From positions 125,275 to 189,274 of the forward strand of contig JAOAJY010000001.1 in assembly GCA_026413965.1 (NCBI GenBank): a DNA stretch of 64,000 nt, in the 5' to 3' direction. Shown here one piece after another: positions 55,378 through 64,000 of this stretch. Origin of the DNA: Candidatus Micrarchaeota archaeon (GTDB lineage: Archaea > Micrarchaeota > Micrarchaeia > Anstonellales > Anstonellaceae). Both the position numbers and the translations under genes were made by a program. The notes beneath the pieces are model-generated. The model saw nothing but the letters and a program-made list of their open reading frames with translations. It did no database searches and had not been told where the DNA came from. Position 1 is the first letter of the stretch. Each line of letters starts with the position of its first letter.

Positions 55378-55665
55378 TCACTGGTCCATAAGCTCAAGGG
55401 CTTTTTTGACAGACATGCCCTCGCGTATCCCCAAGTCGTCAGCCCAGGTGGTGAATGACTTTATCTTCGCCTTGAAGAACTCATCCCAGTTCTTGACTCC
55501 GCTGACAAAAGCAGCCACGTCGCCAAACCTTTCGGCAGCCTCTTTTGATATGTATCCGCAGGCGACATACCCTTTTTTTGCCTTCACAATAAGCAAAGGC
55601 ACGTTGCCTAATGGAAAGCTAACCCCTACATATTCCCTTCCTTCAAAAGTCAGCTTCTCTTCCAT
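55378..55665 (-). CDS. hypothetical small protein
   Basis: Start placed at MEEKLTFEG. The upstream ORF extension is Gly/Pro-rich and antisense to a neighbour. Confidence 0.3.
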   Translation of the reverse strand: MEEKLTFEGREYVGVSFPLGNVPLLIVKAKKGYVACGYISKEAAERFGDVAAFVSGVKNWDEFFKAKIKSFTTWADDLGIREGMSVKKALELMDQ

Positions 55666-55696
55666 GGCATCACCTTTCTTGTGGGCTGATGGAGGG

Positions 55697-55999
55697 CTAC
55701 CACCTGCGCCCGCTGTTCCACCTTTCAGAAGGCTGCCTGGGCTGCCTGCCGCCTCTCTCGGCTTGCCTGGCAGCTCGGCTTTTGAGCTTTTCGAATATCC
55801 GCTTGGCTTTCGCGCAAGATATGCAATAGTGCTTCTCCACAAATGTGGAGGTGCGCACATCATCTCCGGTTTTGAGGTCTGTGGAATACACATTTGTGGT
55901 GGTGTAGGTTATCATCTTGTCCCTTGGGATAGTCCTGCCGCAAGCATCGCATGAGCTTGGCCTCTCCCTTCCCCGAGTCCTGCGGACCATTCTAAACAC
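55697..55999 (-). CDS. rps26e: ribosomal protein eS26
   Basis: CDACGRTIPRDKMITYT and KHYCISCAKAKRIFEKL match the eS26 zinc-ribbon blocks. Confidence 0.6.
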   Translation of the reverse strand: MFRMVRRTRGRERPSSCDACGRTIPRDKMITYTTTNVYSTDLKTGDDVRTSTFVEKHYCISCAKAKRIFEKLKSRAARQAERGGRQPRQPSERWNSGRRW

Positions 56000-56186
56000 C
56001 CTGCCCCTGTATCTTTATGGCATACCTTCCCGGAGCCTTCACCTCCAGCTTTTTCCCTATCTCTGAATTCTCCGGGTCAATCACGACAATCTGCCCCATG
56101 AACTTCTCCGTCAAGTTCTTGGATTGGCAAGAGGGGCACTCATCAGCTTCCTCTACAATCAGCCTGCAATTGGCGCATGCTCTCAT
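55992..56186 (-). CDS. spt4: transcription elongation factor Spt4 / RNA polymerase subunit E''
   Basis: CANCRL...CPSCQS zinc ribbon followed by GQIVVIDPENSEIGKKL...GRYAIKI. Confidence 0.65.
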   Translation of the reverse strand: MRACANCRLIVEEADECPSCQSKNLTEKFMGQIVVIDPENSEIGKKLEVKAPGRYAIKIQGQGV

Positions 56187-56195
56187 AAAACCATC

Positions 56196-56789
56196 TCAAG
56201 AAGCCTTCTCCTCCTTCTTCTTTTTCGCCTCTTTCGGCTCTTTCTCCTCCTCTTTCTTTGCCGCAAGCCATTCGTCTTTCCCAAGCCCTTCTGGCCGCAT
56301 GGTCAGGCCTATTTTGGTTTCAGGTATGGTTGCCTTCATGCTTACCGTAGATATCTTGGCGAACACATGGTCGCCTTTCTTGAGGGATTTTTTGCTTTCC
56401 CTTCCGACAAAAGACATTGTTTTCTTGTTGAAGCTGAGGAAATCGTTTGCTATTTGGGAAAGATGGACCAAGCCCTCCATAGGCCCAAGCCTCAGGAAAA
56501 CCCCGAACTCCACAACCTCGGAGACATCGGTCTCAACCACCTCGTTTATCATAGGGTGGTATGCAAGGACATCAAAGGAGACATCATAATAGGCGGCATT
56601 GTCTCCTGGGACAACCAGCCCGTCTCCTTCAGCCTTCACATTCCAAAGCGCAAGGACCACTCCGGCATCCTTGTCAATCCTGCGCTCATACCTTTCCCGC
56701 AGCATCTGGGTCAGGGCATCCTCAAGCTTAAGGCTGAAAAGCTGGGCAGGAAGCCTGACTTTGTCTTTGCATGAAAGCACAAAATACAT
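56196..56789 (-). CDS. rpoE: DNA-directed RNA polymerase subunit E' (Rpb7 homolog)
   Basis: MYFVLSCKDKVRLPAQLF N-terminus plus an S1 domain. Confidence 0.8.
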   Translation of the reverse strand: MYFVLSCKDKVRLPAQLFSLKLEDALTQMLRERYERRIDKDAGVVLALWNVKAEGDGLVVPGDNAAYYDVSFDVLAYHPMINEVVETDVSEVVEFGVFLRLGPMEGLVHLSQIANDFLSFNKKTMSFVGRESKKSLKKGDHVFAKISTVSMKATIPETKIGLTMRPEGLGKDEWLAAKKEEEKEPKEAKKKKEEKAS

Positions 56790-56871
56790 AAAGGCACCTT
56801 CAAACCAAAGCCCATAAGAAGAGCCGCCCCTTTATATTTCCAAAGAAGGTTTAAAATATGAGCGGAAAGGC

Positions 56872-57711
56872 CTACCTGGAATCATAAATCCTCTTCATCT
56901 CCAAAGCGTCCTTTTCCAAAAGCGGCGATTCGCATATCGCGGTTCCTGCCCAGCCGTTTTCTTTCCATGCCTGGGCAAGAGGGGCAAAAGGAGGGGAGCT
57001 TGAGGAAATGGGCAAATGGCTTCTTTCCCCTTTATCGCTGTATTGTATGCCTGAGAAATGGCAGTGGAAGTTTTTTGAAGCCTCAGAGCCCAGCCGCCTC
57101 TCAACTTCCGAGAGGATGCGGAAGTAATCCTCTTTTGCCTCCAGCCTTTCATGGCGTGCATGGTAGTGGGCATAATCCAGCACCGGAACAACCTGCTTTA
57201 TGCCAAAATGCTCCGCCAAATCAATTATCTCATCAAGAGAGCCATAAGCGGATTTTTTCCCTGTAAGCTCTGCCCCCAAAGCCACGCCTTTCACCCCCAA
57301 AGCTTCCATCTCCTCTATGCATCGGCTGAATGTGGCATAAACAAGCTTGCGGCACTCTTCAGCTGGCCTTGACATGTAATGCCCGGGGTGTATCACTATC
57401 ACCCAAGCCCCCAGCCAATAGGCAGCCTGGGCAGTTGAGACGATTTGGCGCACGCTTGACTCTATTTTTTGCTTCTCCTTTGCGCAGCAGTTTATGTAAT
57501 ACGGGGCATGGCAAGAGAGCCTAATGCCGCTTTCTTCCGCGGCTTTTTTTGCCTCCTTTGCCTTCTCCTGCCCCAAATTAACGCCATGCACAAACTCCAC
57601 TTCCATAGCCCCCAGCCCAATCTTCCTGCAGTACCTTATGCCGTCTGCGGTGCCTCCTGCAGGAGCGCCAATCGGTATTCCAGCAGGCCCGAAAACCACG
57701 CCTCTTTCCAT
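56872..57711 (-). CDS. endonuclease IV-like (AP endonuclease family 2) TIM-barrel protein
   Basis: CHAPYYINCCAKE, IVIHPGHYM, VLDYAHYHARH, HCHFSGIQYSDKGERSHLPI follow the Nfo metal-site pattern. Start placed at MERGVVFG. Confidence 0.5.
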   Translation of the reverse strand: MERGVVFGPAGIPIGAPAGGTADGIRYCRKIGLGAMEVEFVHGVNLGQEKAKEAKKAAEESGIRLSCHAPYYINCCAKEKQKIESSVRQIVSTAQAAYWLGAWVIVIHPGHYMSRPAEECRKLVYATFSRCIEEMEALGVKGVALGAELTGKKSAYGSLDEIIDLAEHFGIKQVVPVLDYAHYHARHERLEAKEDYFRILSEVERRLGSEASKNFHCHFSGIQYSDKGERSHLPISSSSPPFAPLAQAWKENGWAGTAICESPLLEKDALEMKRIYDSR

Positions 57712-57713
57712 CC

Positions 57714-58100
57714 CTATCCCCTCATGCCCATGTGCTTGTAGAGAGCCAGCTTGAAGACTTTCAGCGGCAAAAGGGCGCATTTCAGCCTAACAGGGCCAGG
57801 GTCTATCCCAAGCATCCCCAGAATGTCTCTTTTGCCTATTTTCTTTGCCTCCTGAATGCTTTTCCCCTTTGCCTCCTGGCTTAGCATGGAGGCTGATGCC
57901 AGGCATATTGCGCATGCGCTTCCGCTGAATTTAATCTCAGATATTTTCTCCTCGGAAAATTTGAGGTAGAATGCTATCTCATCTCCGCATAAAGGGTTGG
58001 AGTCCTCTGCCTGCGAGTGGGCATCCTCAAGCTTTCCGAAATTGCGCGGCTTTTTGTAGTGGTCCAATATGTTCTCCCTATAGAAGCTTTCGCCAGGCAT
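57714..58100 (-). CDS. sufU: IscU/SufU-like Fe-S cluster scaffold
   Basis: NPLCGDEIAFYL and GSACAICLASASM Cys motifs. Start placed at MPGESFYRENILDHY. Confidence 0.6.
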   Translation of the reverse strand: MPGESFYRENILDHYKKPRNFGKLEDAHSQAEDSNPLCGDEIAFYLKFSEEKISEIKFSGSACAICLASASMLSQEAKGKSIQEAKKIGKRDILGMLGIDPGPVRLKCALLPLKVFKLALYKHMGMRG

Positions 58101-58104
58101 TTTT

Positions 58105-59316
58105 TCACCCCAGCTTTCGCCAGGCTTTTTTCGCCGCATCCGCAAGCCGAAGGGCTTCTTCCTCAGTGTTGTATATATAAAAGCTGGCTCTGGCAGCCGA
58201 AGACTCCCCCAGCACTCCCATGAGCGGCTGCGCGCAGTGGTGGCCTGTCCGTATCGCCACCGCCTCCCTGTCAGCAAAGCTTCCCAAATCGTGCGCATGG
58301 ATTCTGCCTATGTTGAAGGAGACAATGCCAGCAGGGCCTGGCTCACCGTAAAACCTCGCCTGCGGTATTTTCTCAAGCTCCTGCCTGCAAAAGCTTGACA
58401 GCTTTTGCCCGTGCTGGCAGACAGCAGCCATCCCTATCTTGCCCAAATACTCAACCGCTGCAGCAAGGCCCACTGCTGCTGCCACGTTGGGAGTTCCTGC
58501 CTCAAACTTGTGCGGAGGGCAATTCCACGTGGAGCCGCCAAAGCTCACGCTTTTTATCATATCCCCCCCTCCAAGAAAAGGCTCAAGCTCTTCTTGCAGC
58601 TCTTTTCTTGCGTAAAGAACGCCAATGTGGGGCCCAAGCATCTTGTGCCCTGAGAAAGCAAGAAAGTCGCAGCCAATCCTTTTCACATCCATTTGAAAAT
58701 GCGGGGCGGACTGGGAAGCATCCACGCAGGAAATCGCGCCGTATTTTTTCGCCAGTCTGCAAAGGAGCCTTGCGTCATTTTCCACCCCAAGCACGTTTGA
58801 GACGTGCGCAAAGGAAAAAACAGACGCCGCGCCATCCTCAAGCAAGCTCTCGGCATCATGGCAATCAATCTTCCAGCCATCCATTTTGGCGTATTTGATT
58901 GCAGCCCCAAACCGCCTGCCTGCAAGCTGCCAAGGGACTATGTTGCTGTGGTGCTCCATCTGGCTTAGCAGCACCTGCCCAATCTTCCTGCTTGAAAGGC
59001 AGCACCAAGCCACAAGGTTGAGAGCTTCAGTTGCGTTTTTTGTGAAAATTATCTCTTCGCTCCTTGCATTTATGAATAAAGCCACTTTTTTCCTTGCTTT
59101 CTCATACGCCTCTGTCGCCTCTTGCGAAAGGGAATAGGCTCCGCGATGGACGTTGGCGTTGCAGGCCTGGTAATATTCCGCAATCGCCTCAATCACCTGC
59201 TTGGGCTTTTGGGAGGTTGCCGCATTGTCCAGGTAAGCAAGCGGCTTTCCGAAAAACTTTCTTGCCAGGATTGGGAAGTCTTCCCTTATTCTATCCACAT
59301 CAAGCCTTTTGACCAT
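58105..59316 (-). CDS. sufS: cysteine desulfurase (SufS-type aminotransferase class V)
   Basis: PLP lysine SGHKMLGPHIG, MVKRLDVDRIREDFPIL start, RTGHHCAQP. Confidence 0.8.
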   Translation of the reverse strand: MVKRLDVDRIREDFPILARKFFGKPLAYLDNAATSQKPKQVIEAIAEYYQACNANVHRGAYSLSQEATEAYEKARKKVALFINARSEEIIFTKNATEALNLVAWCCLSSRKIGQVLLSQMEHHSNIVPWQLAGRRFGAAIKYAKMDGWKIDCHDAESLLEDGAASVFSFAHVSNVLGVENDARLLCRLAKKYGAISCVDASQSAPHFQMDVKRIGCDFLAFSGHKMLGPHIGVLYARKELQEELEPFLGGGDMIKSVSFGGSTWNCPPHKFEAGTPNVAAAVGLAAAVEYLGKIGMAAVCQHGQKLSSFCRQELEKIPQARFYGEPGPAGIVSFNIGRIHAHDLGSFADREAVAIRTGHHCAQPLMGVLGESSAARASFYIYNTEEEALRLADAAKKAWRKLG

Positions 59317-60439
59317 CAAAGACCTCTTTTGCCCTCTTCCTGATGCTTTCCGAAAGCACGGCTGCAATTTTCGGGTTCAAGCCAGCGGAGGCTATCAGCC
59401 CTGAGAAAAACCCTTCCAAAACCATTCTCCTCCCTTCGCTTTCATCTATGCCCCTGCTTTGCAGGTAAAACAGCTCTTCCTCATCCACGCTTGAGACCGC
59501 AGAGCCATGGCCTGCGGAGACCTCGCAGTTTCTCACAAAAAGCTGAGGCACAATGCGGAATCTGGGATTCCCCAGTATGGGCATGCTTTTGGCAAGAAGG
59601 TGGGTGTCGGATTGCGGGGCAGGCTGCTCTATCACCACCTTGGCTTCAGCCTCAACCTGCGAATTTCCAGCAGCCCCGAAGTGGAAAACCGAGCGGGAAT
59701 ATGTGGATGGGGCAAGATGGAAATGCTCTGATTGCAGCCTCATCCTCTGCCCGTCCCCCATGAGGCTGGCGTTGTAATGCTCGCACCGGCTTTGCCTTTT
59801 TGCCTGCAGGATGCAAAACGAGTCCTGCTGGCTTTTCCCTCCGATGTTGGAGCGAAGGATTTTGGCTTTGGCTTTGCCTTCGGCTTCAACCACTGCCCCC
59901 AGCTTTCTCTGGGCATGGGGCGAATTGGCTTGGGCAAGGCAAATTTGCGCCTCTGCCTCATTTTTTGCGGCTGCGAAAAGCCCGGAAACCCCATCCGCGC
60001 GGTGCTTCTCGGAATAAATCAGCGCAGCCTTGCTTTTTTCAGCAAAGACCACAGCATCAAAGGCATAGCCTATGCTTCCGTCCCTTTCAAGAACGGCTGG
60101 CGCTTCCTCCTGGCCGGAAATCCAGGCAGCAGAGCCGCTGGAAAACAGGGCAAGGGATAGCAGGAAGTCGTTGGGGGAAAAGCCTGCTTTTGCGCAGAAG
60201 GACAAGGCTCTTCTGAAATCTTTTTGCCTGCAGGCTTCCGCAAGGCTTTCGGCTTTGCAGCCTCTTTGGGAAGGCATGCTTTGATTTTCAGGCAAGCCGG
60301 AATCAAAATCCTCCACCTTTTCCAATCCGCGCTGCCTGAGTGCCGAGGCTGCCTGCAGCCTTATTTTCAGCAGAAAGTCCGGCTCGCCAAGCTCTTTTGA
60401 TATCTGCCTTGCCTTATCTATGATGGCGATTTGGCTCAT
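59300..60439 (-). CDS. sufD: Fe-S cluster assembly protein SufD
   Basis: 379-aa SufB/SufD-family paralog immediately downstream of sufB. Confidence 0.7.
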   Translation of the reverse strand: MSQIAIIDKARQISKELGEPDFLLKIRLQAASALRQRGLEKVEDFDSGLPENQSMPSQRGCKAESLAEACRQKDFRRALSFCAKAGFSPNDFLLSLALFSSGSAAWISGQEEAPAVLERDGSIGYAFDAVVFAEKSKAALIYSEKHRADGVSGLFAAAKNEAEAQICLAQANSPHAQRKLGAVVEAEGKAKAKILRSNIGGKSQQDSFCILQAKRQSRCEHYNASLMGDGQRMRLQSEHFHLAPSTYSRSVFHFGAAGNSQVEAEAKVVIEQPAPQSDTHLLAKSMPILGNPRFRIVPQLFVRNCEVSAGHGSAVSSVDEEELFYLQSRGIDESEGRRMVLEGFFSGLIASAGLNPKIAAVLSESIRKRAKEVFDGQKA

Positions 60440-61863
60440 CCGACCGAACCCTCCATCTCCATCTCAATAAGCCGATTCATCTCCACCGCATACTCCAAAG
60501 GAAGCTCCTTGACTATCGGCTCTATGAAGCCTCTCACTATCAAGGCAAGAGCCTCCTCAGCATCAATGCCTCGGCTCATAAGGTAAAACAGCTGCTCCTC
60601 TGATATCCTTCCTACCGATGCCTCATGCCCTATCTGGGCGTCCTTTGAGCGTATGTCCATGACTGGCACGGTCTCAGCCTTGGATTTTGAGTCGGATATT
60701 ATGCTGTCGCAGCGGACATTGGCTTTCACCCCGCTGCATCCCGGAGCCACATAAAGCATCCCCCGGTAGCGGACCACTCCTCCTTTCTTGCAGATGCTTT
60801 TTGATAGGATTTTGGAGGAGGTTTGGGGAGCCATGTGGAAAACTTTGGCTCCGGTGTCTTTGATCTGCCCCTCGCCTGCAAGCGCGATGCTCAAATGCTC
60901 CGCGCGCGCCCCCCTGCCTGCAAGGATGCTGCACGGGTAAATCATGCTCACCCCTGAGCCAAGCGTTCCGCTTACCCACTCCATGACCGCGCCTTCCTCC
61001 ACAATTGCCCTTTTTGTGTTGAGGTTGTAGACATTCCTGCTCCAATTCTGGATTGAGGTGTATCTTACTCGGCTGCCTTTGCCTGCGAATATCTCCACAA
61101 CCGCAGAATGCAGCGAGTCTTTGGTGTAATGCGGAGCAGAGCAGCCCTCAATGTATTGCACCTGCGCGCCCTCCTCAGCTATTATCAAAGTGTGCTCAAA
61201 CTGGCCGAAGCCTGGATAATTCATCATGAAGTAAATCTGAAGGGGGGTGGGGACTTTGACTCCTGCTGGGACATAGACAAAGCTTCCGCCTGACCAGAAA
61301 GCCCCATGAAGAGCCGCAAACTTGTTGTCCTCCGGAGGGACGCACCGGGTCATGAAGTGCTTCCTCACAAGCTCGGGGTAATCTTTCAAAGCGGTGTCCA
61401 TGTCGGTGAATATCACCCCCAATTCCGAGATGCTTTTCCTGAGGCTCTTGTAGAGGACCTCTGAATCGTATTGGGCTCCAACCCCTGCCAAAAATTTCCG
61501 CTCAGCCTCAGGTATGCCAAGCCTCTCGAAAGTGTCCTTTATCTCCTGCGGCACTTCATCCCAGCTGTTTGGCTGATGCTCCTTGCCTTTTGGGCGCACA
61601 AAGCCGGTTATGGCTGAAAAATCAAGCCCTGACAGGTCAGGCCCCCAGGATGGCAGGGGCTTGCGCTGGAATATCTTGAAGCACCTTTTCCTGTGCTCCC
61701 TCATCCAATCCGGCTCGCCTTTGACATCAGAAATCTCGTCTATCAGCTCCTCGCTGAGCCCTTCTTTTTTCGCCTTGTAGCCAACGACCCTCTCTTCCTT
61801 TGCCACCATTCTTTTTCTGGGCAAAGCGTCCCTTCCAAACAGCCTAAGCGTCGCATTGTCCAT
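60436..61863 (-). CDS. sufB: Fe-S cluster assembly protein SufB
   Basis: 475 aa with C-terminal SufB blocks (EASVGRISEEQLFYLMSRGIDAEEA). Confidence 0.85.
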   Translation of the reverse strand: MDNATLRLFGRDALPRKRMVAKEERVVGYKAKKEGLSEELIDEISDVKGEPDWMREHRKRCFKIFQRKPLPSWGPDLSGLDFSAITGFVRPKGKEHQPNSWDEVPQEIKDTFERLGIPEAERKFLAGVGAQYDSEVLYKSLRKSISELGVIFTDMDTALKDYPELVRKHFMTRCVPPEDNKFAALHGAFWSGGSFVYVPAGVKVPTPLQIYFMMNYPGFGQFEHTLIIAEEGAQVQYIEGCSAPHYTKDSLHSAVVEIFAGKGSRVRYTSIQNWSRNVYNLNTKRAIVEEGAVMEWVSGTLGSGVSMIYPCSILAGRGARAEHLSIALAGEGQIKDTGAKVFHMAPQTSSKILSKSICKKGGVVRYRGMLYVAPGCSGVKANVRCDSIISDSKSKAETVPVMDIRSKDAQIGHEASVGRISEEQLFYLMSRGIDAEEALALIVRGFIEPIVKELPLEYAVEMNRLIEMEMEGSVG

Positions 61864-61872
61864 AGCAGCACC

Positions 61873-62610
61873 TCAGGAATAATCCCCTATCCACGCATAG
61901 CCTCTCTCCTCAAGCTTGTACGCAAGCTCAGCCTTGCCTGAGGCAACGATTTTTCCATTCTTCATCACATGGACAGCATCAGGCTGCAATCCCCTAAGCA
62001 TCCTGGCATAATGAGTGACAATTATGAATGAAGCGTCCTTTTGCCTTATTTTCCCAAGCGCAGACATGACTTTGGCAAGGCCCTCAATATCCAGCCCAGA
62101 GTCCAGCTCATCCAGCAAGGCAAGCTTTGGCTGGAGGACTGCAAGCTGGAGTATCTCGCTTCTTTTCTTCTCGCCCCCAGAAAAGCCCTCATTCACCCCC
62201 CTTGAGGCGAAAGCCTTGTCCATCCCTATAAGAGACATCTTCTCTTCAAGCAGCCTCTCAAATTCGGCTACAGACATCTCCTTGCCATGGCAAGCCGAAT
62301 AAGCTTGCCTCAAGAACGAGGATAGCGGAACTCCGGAAACCTCGTTGGGCGTCTGGAACGCCAAAAATATCCCTGCTCTTGCGCGCTCATGGGGCTTCAT
62401 GGAAAGCAAGTCTTTGCCCTCAAATTCCACCTTTCCTTCCACGGAGTATTTCGGATGGCCTGCAAGAGCGTTGAGGAGGGTGGATTTTCCAGAGCCGTTT
62501 TGCCCCATTATCACATGCACTTCCCCTTTCTTTATGGAAAGAGAAACTCCCTTCACAATCTCTTTTTTGCCTGCAAACACTCTAAGGCCCTCAATTTTCA
62601 TAATCTCCAT
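61873..62610 (-). CDS. sufC: Fe-S cluster assembly ATPase SufC
   Basis: Walker A GQNGSGKST, ABC signature LSGGEKKR, Walker B LALLDELDSG. Confidence 0.9.
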   Translation of the reverse strand: MEIMKIEGLRVFAGKKEIVKGVSLSIKKGEVHVIMGQNGSGKSTLLNALAGHPKYSVEGKVEFEGKDLLSMKPHERARAGIFLAFQTPNEVSGVPLSSFLRQAYSACHGKEMSVAEFERLLEEKMSLIGMDKAFASRGVNEGFSGGEKKRSEILQLAVLQPKLALLDELDSGLDIEGLAKVMSALGKIRQKDASFIIVTHYARMLRGLQPDAVHVMKNGKIVASGKAELAYKLEERGYAWIGDYS

Positions 62611-62949
62611 TCAAGCACCCTCTGCCATGCAAATCATGCATGGGTCTTTTCTTCCAAGCCTGGACTTTTTGGCAAGGACAACTATTTTTGCCACCTCTGC
62701 TTCAAGCTCGGCTTGGCTCCCAATCCCAGAAGCTATCTTTTTGGCAAGCTTTCTGCATGCCTTCCTGCATGCTTCCGGAAGCCTTTCTCCCCCTCTCTTG
62801 CCGCTTATGTATTGCGAGATGGCGGCAGGAGTTGCCCCAATCGCCTGGGCTATCTTTTTCCGAGGCACTTTCATCTTGTCAAGCGAGAGCGCAAGCTCCC
62901 TGCTTATTGCAGGCAGGATTTTCCAATGCACTTGTGAGCATGGAAGCAA
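62611..62949 (-). CDS. HTH-type transcriptional regulator upstream of the suf operon
   Basis: IAQAIGATPAAISQYISGKR is an HTH. Lies immediately 5' of sufC on the same strand. Confidence 0.45.
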   Translation of the reverse strand: MLPCSQVHWKILPAISRELALSLDKMKVPRKKIAQAIGATPAAISQYISGKRGGERLPEACRKACRKLAKKIASGIGSQAELEAEVAKIVVLAKKSRLGRKDPCMICMAEGA

Positions 62950-62991
62950 GCCAATCCCTCTTGTTTAACAATTGTTAACGCTGAAAGGTAT

Positions 62992-63636
62992 TTATTTGAA
63001 TACCTTTCCAGTCTCCTCAGACCAAAAAAGAAGGTCCAAATGCGCCATCGGAATTCTCCTTTTCCTGCAAAATTCCTCCATCTTTTTCTCTATCAGAAGG
63101 TATTTTTTTGCGGTGAGGGTTTTTGGCATGCTTCTGATGGCGTTGTGCTTTTTGAGGTTTTTCAGTATGTGCCTGTCCAATATTGCGATTCCATCTCCCC
63201 TGCCTATGTTCCTAAGATAATGGCTGGCTTCCTTCCAGCCCATGCCCTTGACATTCTTCACCAGCCACTCCCGAGCCTGCATGCTGTCAGGCAGAAAGGA
63301 AATCTCCTCAAGCTTCCTGAAAAAGCCTTGCCCAAGCGATTCTCTTGCAAGAACAAGATACTCTGCCTTTTTGTTGTGGAATCTCACCTTCTTTGCAAGG
63401 GCTGCCGCAATCTCTTCTGCAGACCCTCCATAAAGCAGCCCTCTCCTTTTCAGCTCCTTAAGCGCAGAATCGCAGGAGAGCGCCTTGCTTTGTGGCGTCA
63501 GAAGGCAAAAAGCAAGCTCCTCAAACAGCCGCTTGCCGCCCATTTTCCCTGCCCTTTTGAATAGGTCCAAGCGAGCCTGGATCTGCTTCTTCCTCTTCCG
63601 ATAGCTTTCAGCCAGGCTGCTCCGCATTTCTCTCAA
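62992..63636 (-). CDS. ogg: HhH-GPD N-glycosylase/DNA lyase (archaeal Ogg-like)
   Basis: GMGWKEASHYLRNIGRGDGIAILDRHIL is an HhH-GPD signature. Confidence 0.6.
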   Translation of the reverse strand: MREMRSSLAESYRKRKKQIQARLDLFKRAGKMGGKRLFEELAFCLLTPQSKALSCDSALKELKRRGLLYGGSAEEIAAALAKKVRFHNKKAEYLVLARESLGQGFFRKLEEISFLPDSMQAREWLVKNVKGMGWKEASHYLRNIGRGDGIAILDRHILKNLKKHNAIRSMPKTLTAKKYLLIEKKMEEFCRKRRIPMAHLDLLFWSEETGKVFK

Positions 63637-64000
63637 TCTCCCCGTGCCCAGGGCAAAGCAGGCGGTAAGGCAGGCGCCTTATCTTTCCCAAGCTTTCCTG
63701 GATTTGCTCAAAGCTTCCACCCAAATCCGTCCTGCCATGTACTCCTTGAGCAAAAAGTGTGTCTCCGCTGAAAAGCAGGCCGGTTCTTCTGTCAAATACG
63801 CATATGCTGCCGTCTGTATGCCCAGGCGTATGCAGGAATTCAAGCCGATGCTTCCCAAAAACCACATCCTCCATCGGATTCTCTTCAGCGTTTTCAGGTA
63901 TGCTTATGTACGGCCCTTTGAACCTGAATTCAGCAGGATGGATAAGCACCCGCTTCCAGCTTTTCCGCACTCCGCCTGTGTGGTCAAAATGCCCGTGAGT
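63608..64000 (-). CDS. MBL-fold metallo-hydrolase, 5'-truncated by window edge
   Basis: THGHFDH is encoded at the window edge; HTPGHTDGS lies downstream. Confidence 0.55.
   Translation of the reverse strand, partial: THGHFDHTGGVRKSWKRVLIHPAEFRFKGPYISIPENAEENPMEDVVFGKHRLEFLHTPGHTDGSICVFDRRTGLLFSGDTLFAQGVHGRTDLGGSFEQIQESLGKIRRLPYRLLCPGHGEIERNAEQPG

Overview
This 64 kb window is a densely packed, mostly single-copy archaeal chromosomal segment of about 50% GC. It carries archaeal hallmark genes on both strands: TFE, RpoE'/Spt4, eS26, aTrm56, Pus10, EndA, Orc1/Cdc6, family-B DNA polymerase, RFC large subunit, GatD/GatE, SRP54, GGGP synthase, GGPP synthase and geranylgeranyl reductase. It also carries a membrane H+-pyrophosphatase, the PyrB/PyrI pair, a complete suf Fe-S operon, and two tRNAs (an initiator tRNA-Met and a tRNA-Lys with a likely T-loop intron). 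Short intergenic gaps and overlapping gene ends suggest a compact genome from an uncultivated lineage, possibly DPANN-like, though lineage cannot be assigned from sequence alone. The most unusual region is a type-IV-filament gene set: a highly divergent secretion ATPase, an A24 prepilin peptidase, and an archaeal pilin whose N-terminal class-III signal is fused to a roughly 115-aa C-terminal domain with about 30 cysteines. That pilin gene is bracketed by two perfect 50-bp direct repeats. Nearby are a DsbA-like oxidoreductase, a 1348-aa low-complexity surface protein, a second Cys-rich secreted protein, a protein made of three excisionase-type HTH repeats, and a small basic protein with an internal duplication. 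No CRISPR arrays, rRNAs or recognisable transposases were found.
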